A stretch of DNA of 61,869 bases from Deltaproteobacteria bacterium (GCA_013151235.1 JAADIO010000006.1:1-61869); one strand, 5' to 3'. Positions 1 to 9,633 are shown, counted from the stretch's first letter. Notes: generated by a model not told the origin, from the sequence alone. A program made the numbers and translations.

Positions 1-745
1 AGTAGTCTTCCCCGACCACCCATTTTGCGCTTTCCAGGTTCATCTTCGTCTTGTTGTCGAAATACGCGATGCCGTGCCGGCTCTCCTCATAGATCTCTTT
101 CTGGGGGTGGTCCGGCCCGAGATGACACCGACCGCAGGTCTCGGGCTGTCGGGCCTGGGCGGCGGAAAAGGTGTGGCGGAAGTGACAGGCCGTGCAGGAA
201 CCGCGTGATCCATCAATATTGATTCGTCCGATCCCATCGTTCGGCCAGGTATCCGTGGTCGGTTGTCCATTCTTGATCTTGATGATCGATCCGTGACACT
301 GTTTGCAGCCATTAACGAGCAGGGCGGATCTCCCCTGAAAAGCCTTGTTCCCCTCCACCACCTCGGCCAGTTCGTTGTCCAAAGATCCGAGAATCTCGGC
401 GGCCTTGGCGTGGTGGCTGTTCTCAAACTGGGTGTACTCCGTGGCATGACACCGACCGCAGTTCTTGGGGGTCACAATCACATGAATTCTGAAATTATAA
501 TGCTTAAGCGCTTCACGATCCGTGGTCTGTGCGCCATGGCACTCATAACATCCGACGTTTCCGCGAAAGTGTTTGCTGTTCCCCCACTGCTGATAAAGCC
601 CGGGGGTAGAATCCTTGTGACACTCCACACAGGCCCTGCTCTCCTTGGACAGATGTGGATAGAAAACCGGTTGCGCACCTGCTATGGAACACCACAGCAG
701 TGTGATGAGAATCCCAGCGCATAAAGTCAGTCCGTATCTCTTCAT
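1..745 (-). CDS. Hydroxylamine oxidoreductase (HAO)-family multiheme cytochrome c, 5' part only (runs off the left edge)
   Basis: Not in the ORF track because there is no stop codon in the window. Manual translation from ATG 745 (GGAGG RBS upstream) gives signal peptide MKRYGLTLCAGILITLLWCSIAGA, six CxxCH motifs (CVECH, CYECH, CGRCH, CKQCH, CTACH, CGRCH) and HAO-typical segments TWPNDGIGRIN.DGSRGSCTACHFRH and CGRCHLGPDHPQKEIYEESRHG. Confidence 0.9.
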   Translation of the reverse strand, partial: MKRYGLTLCAGILITLLWCSIAGAQPVFYPHLSKESRACVECHKDSTPGLYQQWGNSKHFRGNVGCYECHGAQTTDREALKHYNFRIHVIVTPKNCGRCHATEYTQFENSHHAKAAEILGSLDNELAEVVEGNKAFQGRSALLVNGCKQCHGSIIKIKNGQPTTDTWPNDGIGRINIDGSRGSCTACHFRHTFSAAQARQPETCGRCHLGPDHPQKEIYEESRHGIAYFDNKTKMNLESAKWVVGEDY

Positions 746-776
746 TTCCCGCCTCCTTTAATCGACCGATCCCGAA

Positions 777-1130
777 TCAGTGCATTTTTCTCTTCAGATC
801 ACCATGATAGACAATCTCTTCCGCACGAACGCTATCATCCTTCAGGACGTCCGGTACGTCACCTCCTCTCTTTTTAAATTTTTCCCTGGCCCGATCCAGT
901 TCCTCCTCACTGTATGCATATGCCAGATTAACGGAGATCACATGCGGAATTCTCTCCAGTTGTAGTACCTTCCGGATCTCCTCTTCGGCATACTCTCCTT
1001 CAAGGGTCACGATGATCCGTCCCCGGGGATCATGAAAGAAGACATCACACAGTGACCCCTTCCGCAGGACCGAAATCACCTCGTCCACCCGACCTTTCTC
1101 TGCCTGAATAACAATACCGGACACATTCAT
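777..1130 (-). CDS. napD: NapD chaperone of periplasmic nitrate reductase
   Basis: MNVSGIVI...GRIIVTLEG...VISVNLAYAY pattern; position in the nap operon. Confidence 0.88.
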   Translation of the reverse strand: MNVSGIVIQAEKGRVDEVISVLRKGSLCDVFFHDPRGRIIVTLEGEYAEEEIRKVLQLERIPHVISVNLAYAYSEEELDRAREKFKKRGGDVPDVLKDDSVRAEEIVYHGDLKRKMH

Positions 1131-1225
1131 TTTACCCTCCGCTCGTTCGGTTCAAGATCGGCGCTTTTCCCGGGGATCTCTGCGCCATACCGCCCTCGCC
1201 AATTCAGCTTTGTCCTGCATCCTCG

Positions 1226-1705
1226 CTAAAAACCGTTTTTGATGAGAGGTTTCAGTTCCGCCTGCGGAACATGACACTGGATGCAAAAATATCTTCCCTG
1301 ATAAAGTTTCCCGCCCAGATTCCTCCCGGTTCTCAAATCCACGAGGTGCGAACGGGGAACGGGCGTTGCTCCCATCCCGACCGCTACGTCCGGCATGTGG
1401 CAAGAAATGCAGAGATTTTTTCCTCTCTTGATCGGCAGCATGTCGGAAATGTCGTGAGGGATCAAAGGAGGGGCATTTTCAAAGGAACGATCGATTCTCC
1501 GACTGGTCCCCGGCGCATTGGAAGGATAGCGGACAGCAGGTACTCGTGTACCGGCATCATCCATGAGGGGCGCGTATCGATACCCCATTTTCTCATCACC
1601 TTTCGCTGCATCATGTTGAGACGCTGCATGTGCCGCCACGAAGCAAAATAGAACGATCATGCAAACTGAGGATATCCCCGTTCCATATCGTGCATACCTG
1701 TTCAT
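1226..1705 (-). CDS. napB: NapB diheme cytochrome c
   Basis: Signal peptide, RSFENAPPLIPH, CISCH and RYFCIQCHVPQ. Confidence 0.95.
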   Translation of the reverse strand: MNRYARYGTGISSVCMIVLFCFVAAHAASQHDAAKGDEKMGYRYAPLMDDAGTRVPAVRYPSNAPGTSRRIDRSFENAPPLIPHDISDMLPIKRGKNLCISCHMPDVAVGMGATPVPRSHLVDLRTGRNLGGKLYQGRYFCIQCHVPQAELKPLIKNGF

Positions 1706-2529
1706 GTTTTCCTCCTTTTCAAGATCTTCCGGATTCCGAAACGAAGAGCGTTTTCTTCACAAACTTCCACACACCGTCCGCAGAGCACGCACTCCCCATG
1801 GGAGATGGTGCCGCTTTGTTTCCCGACCTCACTTAAGATCTCTTTTTCCGGACAGACCGCGATACATCGGTCACAGCGGGAACAAAGATCCGCCGTGTGC
1901 CGGACCTGAATTAGTCTGTTACGACCGATCAGAGAATAAAATCCTCCCAGGGGGCAGAGATGTCCGCACCAGCCGTTCCGCACCGCCAGGAGATCAAAAA
2001 GAAAAATCATCCCAACGGCCATCCACCCGAAACCAATGCCGAAGATCAGTCCCCTGTGCATCATGGAAACGGGACTGATAAACTCAAAGGCTGCAACCCC
2101 CAGGAGCATTGAAAGTATTAGGGAGATCCCGATCATCCAGTAGCGTACGTTCCGACTCAACCGGATGAACCCGTCCTCGTCCTCAAAATCCATCTTCAAC
2201 CCGCGCCGGATTCCTCCCGCCGCGTCCGTGACCAGGTTCACCGGGCAGATCCAGCTACAAAAACTTCTTCCTCCTAAAAAAACATAAAAAAGAGCGACGA
2301 TAAGCGCACCCACAGCAACGGTTTGTTTCACGGAGGCGCCAGCCGCAAAAACCTGGAGCAGAGCAAAGGGATCGGTCAGCGGAATCTTTTCGAAGAGTTC
2401 CGAAAAGGTCAGGTTGCCGGTGATGATCTTCCACCCCCACCGGTTTGCCCCGATCAGGAGGACAAGCAGGGTGATTTGGCTAATTCTCCTTAGGATCAGA
2501 AACCTGTGTGTGAAGAAAAATCTACTCAT
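1702..2529 (-). CDS. napH: NapH quinol dehydrogenase membrane subunit
   Basis: GGRSFCSWICP, GWCGHLCPLG and two C-terminal 4Fe-4S motifs. Start placed at ATG 2529, overlapping the napG stop; the ORF extends to 2547. Confidence 0.93.
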   Translation of the reverse strand: MSRFFFTHRFLILRRISQITLLVLLIGANRWGWKIITGNLTFSELFEKIPLTDPFALLQVFAAGASVKQTVAVGALIVALFYVFLGGRSFCSWICPVNLVTDAAGGIRRGLKMDFEDEDGFIRLSRNVRYWMIGISLILSMLLGVAAFEFISPVSMMHRGLIFGIGFGWMAVGMIFLFDLLAVRNGWCGHLCPLGGFYSLIGRNRLIQVRHTADLCSRCDRCIAVCPEKEILSEVGKQSGTISHGECVLCGRCVEVCEENALRFGIRKILKRRKT

Positions 2530-3343
2530 ACAGAATTCCCTCATCATTCAGATAATCCTGTGCTTTGCGACGACTCCTTTCCGTTCGGATGGTGAAACGA
2601 TCCGGGATATTTAACAGACGCCGTTCATCCCGTTTGTCCCACCCTTTGATATACCTGGGATCCGCTTTTCCCATCACCCGGTCCCTCGGAAAAATCCGGA
2701 CCGACGCTTTTTGGGTGATACAGACATGTTCACACACTCCACAGCCCGTACACTGTTCACAATGCACCTTCGGTATGAGGAGGGCGTGTTCCCCAGTTCT
2801 TGCATTCCGCAGATAATCAATGGTAAGTGCCTTATCCATCAAAGGACAAGCACGGTAACACGCGTCGCACTGAATTCCCCAGTAGGCGAGGCAGGAAGAT
2901 TCATCCAGGACCGCAACCCCCATCCTGGCCCGGGCAATGTCCGGAATCTCCATGTTGCCCCGGTTCTTGGAAACCCGGTCAAGATCCAGCGCACCGGTAG
3001 GACAGACCGGGACACAGGGGATGTCGGTACACATCCGGCAAGGTGTCTCCCGGGGAACAAAATAGGGGGTACCCAGGGGTTTTTGATCCCCGGGAGCTGC
3101 CAGTCTCAGGGTGTCATAGGGACATGCTTCAACACATTTTCCGCATTTGATACATTGCTTCAGAAAGTCCTCTTCCGGTGGAGCGCCCGGGGGACGGAGA
3201 ATCAACGGATCCGCCTTATTCTCTTCCACATAGGCACCCCATGCCGTCCCGGTGATCCCGGCCATGCCCAGCGACCGGACCATCTGAAAAAGAAACTTTC
3301 TTCTCGAACTAACGGGTTTCGGTTTCTCATCCCTCTCATGCAT
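2522..3343 (-). CDS. napG: NapG ferredoxin-type subunit
   Basis: Tat motif SRRKFL, LRPPGA and four Cys clusters (e.g. CIKCGKCVEACP). Confidence 0.95.
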   Translation of the reverse strand: MHERDEKPKPVSSRRKFLFQMVRSLGMAGITGTAWGAYVEENKADPLILRPPGAPPEEDFLKQCIKCGKCVEACPYDTLRLAAPGDQKPLGTPYFVPRETPCRMCTDIPCVPVCPTGALDLDRVSKNRGNMEIPDIARARMGVAVLDESSCLAYWGIQCDACYRACPLMDKALTIDYLRNARTGEHALLIPKVHCEQCTGCGVCEHVCITQKASVRIFPRDRVMGKADPRYIKGWDKRDERRLLNIPDRFTIRTERSRRKAQDYLNDEGILYE

Positions 3344-3399
3344 CCCGAACCTCCCTGTCAGCAGTCAAACCGCATGGATCTTCCGGACTTCTCCCATGT

Positions 3400-6192
3400 T
3401 TAGGCCTTATAGATCCTGACGGCACACTTTTTATAATCAGTCTGTTTGGAAATCGGACAGGTTGCATCGAGTGTAACCTTGTTGATATAGACCCGTTCAT
3501 CGAACCACGGGACAAAGACAAGCCCCTTGGGCGGGCGGTTCCGCCCACGCGTTATTACTCGGGACTTGACTTTTCCCCGTCGGCTCTCCACCCAAACCAT
3601 TTCTCCATCCCGGACCCCCAGCTTTCGTGCGTCCTCCGGATGCATATAACAGAGCGCCTCAGGGACTGCTCTGTAAAGCTCCGGGACCCGCATGGTCATC
3701 GTGCCGGAGTGCCAATGCTCCAGCACGCGTCCGGTACAGAGCCAGAACGGATAGAGATCATTGGGAACTTCCGGGGGCTCCATGTAAGGCCGGAAGAAAA
3801 TCTTGGCCTTGTTCTTCAAGCTGAACTTCTCGCGAGTCCCGGGGCCTCGCAAATCTCCTTTCGGCAGTTTTTTTAAGGCGGGTCCATAAAAGGCAAAATC
3901 TCCGGTTCCTGCAGCGCGTGCATAGGGATCATACTTCGCGTTGAACCGCCACGGTGTTTCCTTCCCGTTTACAACGGGCCACCGGAGACCCCGCGCTTTC
4001 TTATGATAGTCATCGAAATATGCCAGATCGTGGCCACGCCCAGCTCCGAATTTCCGGTATTCCTCCCAGAGGTATTTCTGCAGAAAAAATCCATACCCCC
4101 GGAACGGTTTTCCATCAGTTCCTATGACATTCCGCTTGTCCCCTTCCGCCTCCGTGTTCTGGAAGCCTTTTCCGACCGGATCGGGCCAGGGATAGCTTCT
4201 GGCCTCGGAATCGGCGAAGAGAACATCAAAGAGCGTATCATCAGGTTTGTAACCCATCTTTTTCGCTTGAGCCAGCACATCCGGAAGAGTCAATTTCTCA
4301 TCGATCTTCCACGCCTTCCAGACATCTTTCAGCCGAAACCTCTTTGCGAATTCCGTGTACTGCCAGAGATCAGGCATGGCCTCTCCCACTGGAGTCACTT
4401 GCTGTCTCCAGTGTTGTGTGCGCCGATCTGCATTTCCGTAGGCACCCCACTTTTCAAAAATCATCGCGCTCGGCAGAACCAAGTCGGAGACCTTTGCTGA
4501 AATCCCGGGATAGGCATCCGAAACCACCAGGAAATTGTCCATCTCCCTGGCAGCCTTGATCCAGTGGTTGGCGTTCGCTGCATCCTGCCAGGGGTTGCAG
4601 ACATGTGCCCAGGCGAAGCGGATCTTTCCGTCCTCCAGATCACGCATCATCTTGACGAAGTGACTGCCCACCCGGGGGTTGATGGTTCCCGGGGGTAGTT
4701 TCCAGATCGATTCTGCTATTTTCCGGTGTTTGGGGTTTTTGACGACCATATCCGCAGGAAGACGATGTGCAAAGGTACCGACCTCTCTTGCTGTGCCACA
4801 TGCCGAGGGCTGTCCCGTCAGGCTGAAGGCGCCGTTTCCAGGCTGAGCCTGCTTTCCCAGAAGGAAATGGACCATGTAGGCCTGTTCGTTCACCCAAGTC
4901 CCTCGGGTATGCTGGTTCATCCCCATGGTCCAGAAGCTGACGACTTTCCGGTTTTTCTCCAGATAAAGATCCGCCAGGGCCTGAAGCTTTTCCTGAAAAA
5001 CCTTTAAAGGCTCATCGGGATTGCCCCTGGCCAGCCGCGCCGTGTACTCCAGGGTATAGGGGGCCAGCCCCTTTTTGAACTCCTCGAAGGAGATCATCCA
5101 GTGTGCCCCGGCCTTCCGGGAATGTTTCATCTTCATCATCTCCTGCGGTTGGACGCCCAGGAACTTCAGTCCTTCGACCTCATCCTCCGTTAGCTTTTTC
5201 AATCGTTGTTTTGCGGTGGTATCCAGTTCGGATTCCCGATACTTCGGGTAATGAATATCTTCCCGCATCCCGTAACCGATATCCGGGAAACCAGTGGCGA
5301 AAACCATGTAACGGTCCACAAAATCCCGGTCGATCGACTCTGGATGATGATAGACGATCTCGTGGGCGATGTAATTCCAGATGGCCAGATCCGTATTGGG
5401 TTTGAAGATGATTTCGATATCAGCCAAATCCGAACACCGCTGCGTAAAAGTACTTAGGTTCACGACCTTTACACGGTTCGGACGGCTCAATTTGCGGTCG
5501 GTCACGCGTGACCACAGGATGGGATGCATCTCCGCCATGTTGGCGCCCCACGTAACAATCGTATCGGTGAATTCAGTATCATCATAGTTCCCCGCGGGCT
5601 CATCAATCCCGAAGGTCTGGATGAATCCGGCCACCGCCGAGGCCATGCAATGACGCGCATTCGGGTCGAGATTGTTGCTCCTGAATCCGGCTTTCACGAG
5701 CTTGCTGATGGCGTATCCCTCCTCGACTGTATACTGCCCCGATCCAAAAACACCGATCCCGGTCGGCCCCAGGGTGTAATAGGCACGCCTGAATTGCCTT
5801 TCCATCTCGTCAAAGGCCCGCTTCCAGGAAACCGGACGGAACTTTCCCTTCTTATCGAATTCCCCTTTCCGGTTTACCCGAAGCAACGGCCGCGTCAACC
5901 GGTCCTGCCCATACATGATTTTGGCATTGAAATATCCCTTGATACAATTGAGACCACGGTTGACCGGGGCCTTGGGATCCCCCTTCACCGCCACAATACG
6001 GTCATTCCGGGTAGCGACCATGATTCCACATCCCGTTCCGCAGAAACGACAGACCGCCTTATCCCATCGCCAACCCGTTTCAGCGGTTCGAGCCGCAGCC
6101 TGAATGTTACGAGGAAGATTCATCCCCACGGTACCTGCTGCCGCCGCCGCTGCAGCCGCTTTGATAAAATTCCGTCTTGAAAGCAACATCAT
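3400..6192 (-). CDS. napA: Periplasmic nitrate reductase catalytic subunit NapA (long, ~930 aa form)
   Basis: Tat signal [33 protein letters not shown] (Mo-ligating Cys), [16 protein letters not shown] and [22 protein letters not shown] before ATG 6192. Confidence 0.98.
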   Translation of the reverse strand: MMLLSRRNFIKAAAAAAAAGTVGMNLPRNIQAAARTAETGWRWDKAVCRFCGTGCGIMVATRNDRIVAVKGDPKAPVNRGLNCIKGYFNAKIMYGQDRLTRPLLRVNRKGEFDKKGKFRPVSWKRAFDEMERQFRRAYYTLGPTGIGVFGSGQYTVEEGYAISKLVKAGFRSNNLDPNARHCMASAVAGFIQTFGIDEPAGNYDDTEFTDTIVTWGANMAEMHPILWSRVTDRKLSRPNRVKVVNLSTFTQRCSDLADIEIIFKPNTDLAIWNYIAHEIVYHHPESIDRDFVDRYMVFATGFPDIGYGMREDIHYPKYRESELDTTAKQRLKKLTEDEVEGLKFLGVQPQEMMKMKHSRKAGAHWMISFEEFKKGLAPYTLEYTARLARGNPDEPLKVFQEKLQALADLYLEKNRKVVSFWTMGMNQHTRGTWVNEQAYMVHFLLGKQAQPGNGAFSLTGQPSACGTAREVGTFAHRLPADMVVKNPKHRKIAESIWKLPPGTINPRVGSHFVKMMRDLEDGKIRFAWAHVCNPWQDAANANHWIKAAREMDNFLVVSDAYPGISAKVSDLVLPSAMIFEKWGAYGNADRRTQHWRQQVTPVGEAMPDLWQYTEFAKRFRLKDVWKAWKIDEKLTLPDVLAQAKKMGYKPDDTLFDVLFADSEARSYPWPDPVGKGFQNTEAEGDKRNVIGTDGKPFRGYGFFLQKYLWEEYRKFGAGRGHDLAYFDDYHKKARGLRWPVVNGKETPWRFNAKYDPYARAAGTGDFAFYGPALKKLPKGDLRGPGTREKFSLKNKAKIFFRPYMEPPEVPNDLYPFWLCTGRVLEHWHSGTMTMRVPELYRAVPEALCYMHPEDARKLGVRDGEMVWVESRRGKVKSRVITRGRNRPPKGLVFVPWFDERVYINKVTLDATCPISKQTDYKKCAVRIYKA

Positions 6193-6565
6193 CGCCACCT
6201 CCTCCTCATTAGATCAATCCTCTATGGTTCCCCATACAACCCGTGCATCATTGTAGCCGCTATATTGTAAATCCGTTGTAAAAGGATGTTAAGATTTTAC
6301 AAAATGAGTGAAAAATTGCTCAGACCGGGATCCGTGACGGCACGATGCGCCGAGAGAGGCACTCTAACCGATTTAAGAGTTTTTGCGTGACAGCCATTGG
6401 CGATCAGGGAAAACTTGGCGCCTCTACTCTACCTATCGCAAGATTATTTTCTATTGCTGGATTTGGGGATTTCAGTTGGATTTGACAGGATCTTTGATAT
6501 GTTGTAATTTGCTAAAACGTTCTCGACGTTTTTATGTTGCACGCACCCGTATCGGGAGTCCTCTT

Positions 6566-6796
6566 ATGAATCGAGAGATCCATGACCTGGAGAAAATTCT
6601 CGAGGTCTACGCTATTGCAGAGCAGCGCGAACAGGCAGCTTACAACTTCTATGTGGACGCCGCCGACAAGATCTCCGAGGAAGCTGAGAAGAAGGTTCTT
6701 CTCGATCTGGCAAAATTTGAACTGCAACATCTCAAAATGATGAAAGAACGTTTCGAATCGACACGGGAACGAATTGAGAAGCTCCGCAATAAATAA
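6566..6796 (+). CDS. Small ferritin/rubrerythrin-like protein (half four-helix bundle)
   Basis: AEQREQAAYNFY...LAKFELQH contains the E...FY...ExxH diiron pattern. GGGAG RBS before ATG 6566. Confidence 0.75.
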   Translation: MNREIHDLEKILEVYAIAEQREQAAYNFYVDAADKISEEAEKKVLLDLAKFELQHLKMMKERFESTRERIEKLRNK

Positions 6797-6813
6797 GGAC
6801 CGAGAAACTTTTT

Positions 6814-7230
6814 ATGGCCTCCGTTAAAATCCACCCTCATCCGATTGCCGTCCATTTTTCCAACGGGCTGATCCCCGTTTCGATCTTTTTTCTTTTTCTG
6901 TTCTTTTTCACTCGTAACCCTCATATGGAGATTGTCGCCTTCTACACCCTGTGGGTGGGAACCCTCGGTTCCGCACTGGCCTTGGGGACGGGTCTTTTCG
7001 ACTGGAAGAAGCATTACCGGGGCGCCTGGGTGCCAGTATTCAAAAAAAAGCTGACGGCCGGGGTTCTTGCGATCCTGGGAGGAGCCCTCGCCTGCTTGAT
7101 CCGTTATCTCCATCCCGGCCTTCTTTTATCCCTCTCGGGCCTGTCCGTTTTTTATGTAATGCTGAACCTTTTCGTCCTCGCCTGTGTCGGCATCGCTGGA
7201 TACCTGGGCGGCAAGTTGGTCTTTCAGTAA
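6814..7230 (+). CDS. DUF2231-family 4-TM membrane protein
   Basis: HPIAVHF motif, four hydrophobic segments, C-terminal GYLGGKLVF. Confidence 0.75.
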   Translation: MASVKIHPHPIAVHFSNGLIPVSIFFLFLFFFTRNPHMEIVAFYTLWVGTLGSALALGTGLFDWKKHYRGAWVPVFKKKLTAGVLAILGGALACLIRYLHPGLLLSLSGLSVFYVMLNLFVLACVGIAGYLGGKLVFQ

Positions 7231-7259
7231 TCCCTTCCTCTGCCGAATGGGATAAATTT

Positions 7260-8408
7260 ATGAGCCGTACTACGAAACAGATGATCCTGGTCGGAGGCGG
7301 CCATGCACATATGACCGTTATGCTTCGCCTGGATGAATACCTTTCCCGGGGGCACCAGGTTACACTGATCAATCGTTCTCCCTTCCACTACTACTCCGGC
7401 ATGGGGCCGGGGATGTTTTCCGGCATTTATCGCCCCGAGGAGATCCGCTTTCATGTAAGAAAGATGGTAGAAGACCGGGGCGGAGAGTTCATTGAGGGAG
7501 AGGTCGTTCGGGTTCATCCCCAGGCGAACAAACTCATTCTGGCCTCCGGTGACGAGGTCGGCTATGATGTTGCCTCCTTCAATACGGGAAGTTATGTGCC
7601 GTTGACTTCTCTGGAAGGCGTGACGGAAGAGATATTGACCGTCAAACCAATCCTGAATCTCCTCCGTGCGAAACAGCGAGTTTTGAATCAGCTCTCACAG
7701 GGTATTCCCCGTCTTGTCGTGGTGGGAGGAGGCGCTGCCGGTCTGGAAATCACGGGAAACCTGGAACGGCTGGTCCGGAAACAGAATGGAACCGCACAGA
7801 TTACTCTCCTGGCCGGCCGGCGGTTCCTCCCTGCCTTTCCTGAGAAGGTCCGGAGACTCGCGCTCTCCTCGTTCGTGAAACGGAAGATCTCCGTTATGGA
7901 GGGGGCACGGGTTCGTACCTTCGAGAAGGGGGAAGCAGTCCTTGAGGATGAACGCCGATTCCCCTTCGACCTGGCCATCCTGGCCCTCGGTGTTCGCCCT
8001 TCTCCACTCTTCGCCGACTCCGGTCTTGCCGTCGGTCCGGACGGCGGCCTTCTGGTCAATAATTTTCTACAGTCCACCGATTATCCGGAACTGTTCGGCG
8101 GCGGCGACTGTATCTCTCTGGCCGGCCATCCCCTCGACAAGGTCGGGGTCTTTGCCGTTCGGCAGAACCCGGTCCTTCATCACAACCTCATGGCCGCCCT
8201 CGAGGGAGGAGAGATGCAACCTTTCGTCCCGCAGAAAAACTACCTCCTGATTTTCAATCTCGGGGACGGCCGGGGGATTTTCTATAAGGGGCGAAGGATT
8301 TTTGCCGGACGCACCGCCTTCTTTCTCAAAGATTGGATCGACCGGAAGTTCGTAAAATCCTTTCAGGTTTCCGGCGAACAAAACCGTTCACTGCAAAGAG
8401 ATTTATGA
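7260..8408 (+). CDS. FAD-dependent pyridine nucleotide-disulfide oxidoreductase, type resembling the domain fused N-terminally to SelD
   Basis: LVGGGHAH, YSGM, VGGGAAGLE, FGGGDC, KVGVFAVRQ and LKDWIDRKF. Start at ATG 7260, after the previous stop. Confidence 0.82.
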   Translation: MSRTTKQMILVGGGHAHMTVMLRLDEYLSRGHQVTLINRSPFHYYSGMGPGMFSGIYRPEEIRFHVRKMVEDRGGEFIEGEVVRVHPQANKLILASGDEVGYDVASFNTGSYVPLTSLEGVTEEILTVKPILNLLRAKQRVLNQLSQGIPRLVVVGGGAAGLEITGNLERLVRKQNGTAQITLLAGRRFLPAFPEKVRRLALSSFVKRKISVMEGARVRTFEKGEAVLEDERRFPFDLAILALGVRPSPLFADSGLAVGPDGGLLVNNFLQSTDYPELFGGGDCISLAGHPLDKVGVFAVRQNPVLHHNLMAALEGGEMQPFVPQKNYLLIFNLGDGRGIFYKGRRIFAGRTAFFLKDWIDRKFVKSFQVSGEQNRSLQRDL

Positions 8409-9235
8409 TGTCCGTTTTTGATTATTTCAAGCCGGTTTCCTCCTGGACTGCAGAAGATCTGAAGTCTTTTCTTGATCGTTCCGCCCCCGGAGAACTCCAG
8501 TTGATTGATGTCCGTCAGCCTAACGAATATAAAGGGGGACACCTTCCCGGTGCAATCCTGATTCCCCTCGGAGATCTTCCCGACCGACTTAATGAACTCG
8601 ATCCTGCGAAGCCGACCCTCACCTATTGAACGGCAGGCGTGCGCAGCCGGTCGGCTGCGGGATTGCTCGAAGGGGCAGGATTTCAACAGGCCCATACCCT
8701 CACCGGGGGACTCCTCGCCTGGGATGGCCGTACTGCATCGGGTCCGCCCGAAACGGGGATGCTCATCTTCTCCGATGCCGATACGCCGCAGGCCCTGGGA
8801 CAATTGGCTATGATGCTGGAGGAAGGTTCCCGTCGATTCTATTCCTCCATGGCGGATGCGGCCTCGAATCCCTCGGTCAAGGTCCTCTTTGATGAACTGG
8901 TCCTTGCCGAGACGCACCACCAAGAGAAACTTCTGAATTTCTGCCGGCGTCTATCGGCAAAAGATCCGACCTCTCCCCTTCCGCAGTCGGACTATCCCGA
9001 TCTCATGGAGGGGGGAATCCCGCTGACGGAAGGACTGCAATGGTCGAAAGGGAAATCTGCGACGGAGATCCTTCAGTTTTCCATGGCCCTTGAGACCAAC
9101 GCCTGCGATCTCTATCTAAGGATGATCACAAGAATGAAAGAGGACCCGGAAAGCACCGCCCTTTTTGAACATCTTGCCGGGGAGGAACAGCTCCATTTGA
9201 AACGGATGGCAAAACTCCTGGAAAAGAAAAATTAA
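8405..9235 (+). CDS. Selenocysteine-containing rhodanese domain fused to a ferritin/rubrerythrin-like domain
   Basis: ORFs 8333..8629 and 8639..9235 are in the same frame. Reading through TGA 8627-8629 gives IDVRQPNEY.GHLPGA...TY-U-TAGVRS, so UGA sits at the catalytic Cys of the rhodanese loop. The C-terminal part has ETHH/EEQLH ferritin motifs, and a hairpin lies 12 nt downstream of the UGA. Confidence 0.88.
8642..8659 (+). promoter_or_regulatory. Candidate bacterial SECIS element (rhodanese)
   Basis: CGCAGCC-GGTC-GGCTGCG perfect 7-bp stem with a G-starting loop 19 nt after the UGA. Confidence 0.72.
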
Positions 9236-9275
9236 GGGATCGCTTTGAGCAATGGAATGTGCAGGGGTATGACTG

Positions 9276-9467
9276 ATGGAAAAGAAGCGGAAAGGTATCG
9301 ACTGCTTCCGATGCAGGCATTTTTATGTAACCTGGGACAAGAAGTTTCCCCGGGGTTGCCGGACTATGGGGTTCAAAGGGAAGGAACTTCCCTGTCGAGT
9401 GGTCCTGGAAGCCTCGGGAAGAGAGTGCCTAAAATTTGAGAAGAAGAAAAGAAAGATGTTCTCCTAA
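9276..9467 (+). CDS. Small Cys-rich conserved hypothetical protein (probable metal-binding)
   Basis: CFRCRHFYVTWD..FPRGC..MGFK...LP...SGREC pattern; GGGG RBS upstream. Confidence 0.65.
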   Translation: MEKKRKGIDCFRCRHFYVTWDKKFPRGCRTMGFKGKELPCRVVLEASGRECLKFEKKKRKMFS

Positions 9468-9633
9468 AAAGTCACGAAGCCCTTCGACAGGCTCAGGGCG
9501 AACGATGTAAGTTATTGATATTCCGTTCGTGTGGTTCGGCGAGCTTCCGAGCATGGTGAGCTTGCCGAACCACATGCTCGGTAGCCTGTCGAACCATGAG
9601 CGGGACCCGGGGAATGACTTTTTACGACATCAT
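9455..9633. mobile_element. MITE-like element with imperfect terminal inverted repeats and an internal REP-type palindrome pair
   Basis: Ends gatgttctcctaaaaagtc ... gactttttacgacatcat. Internal ttcgacaggctca / agcctgtcgaa pair. Near-identical to the reverse complement of 61783-61869. Confidence 0.75.

Noticed and set aside
6951-7259. 103-aa N-terminal extension of the oxidoreductase in the ORF track
   Set aside because: It overlaps the DUF2231 gene in another frame, and the Rossmann motif begins right after ATG 7260.
8627-8629. Pseudogene call for the split rhodanese (and likewise for the peroxiredoxin at 54884)
   Set aside because: Both stops are TGA exactly at the catalytic Cys with matching downstream hairpins and no other lesions, so Sec recoding fits better.
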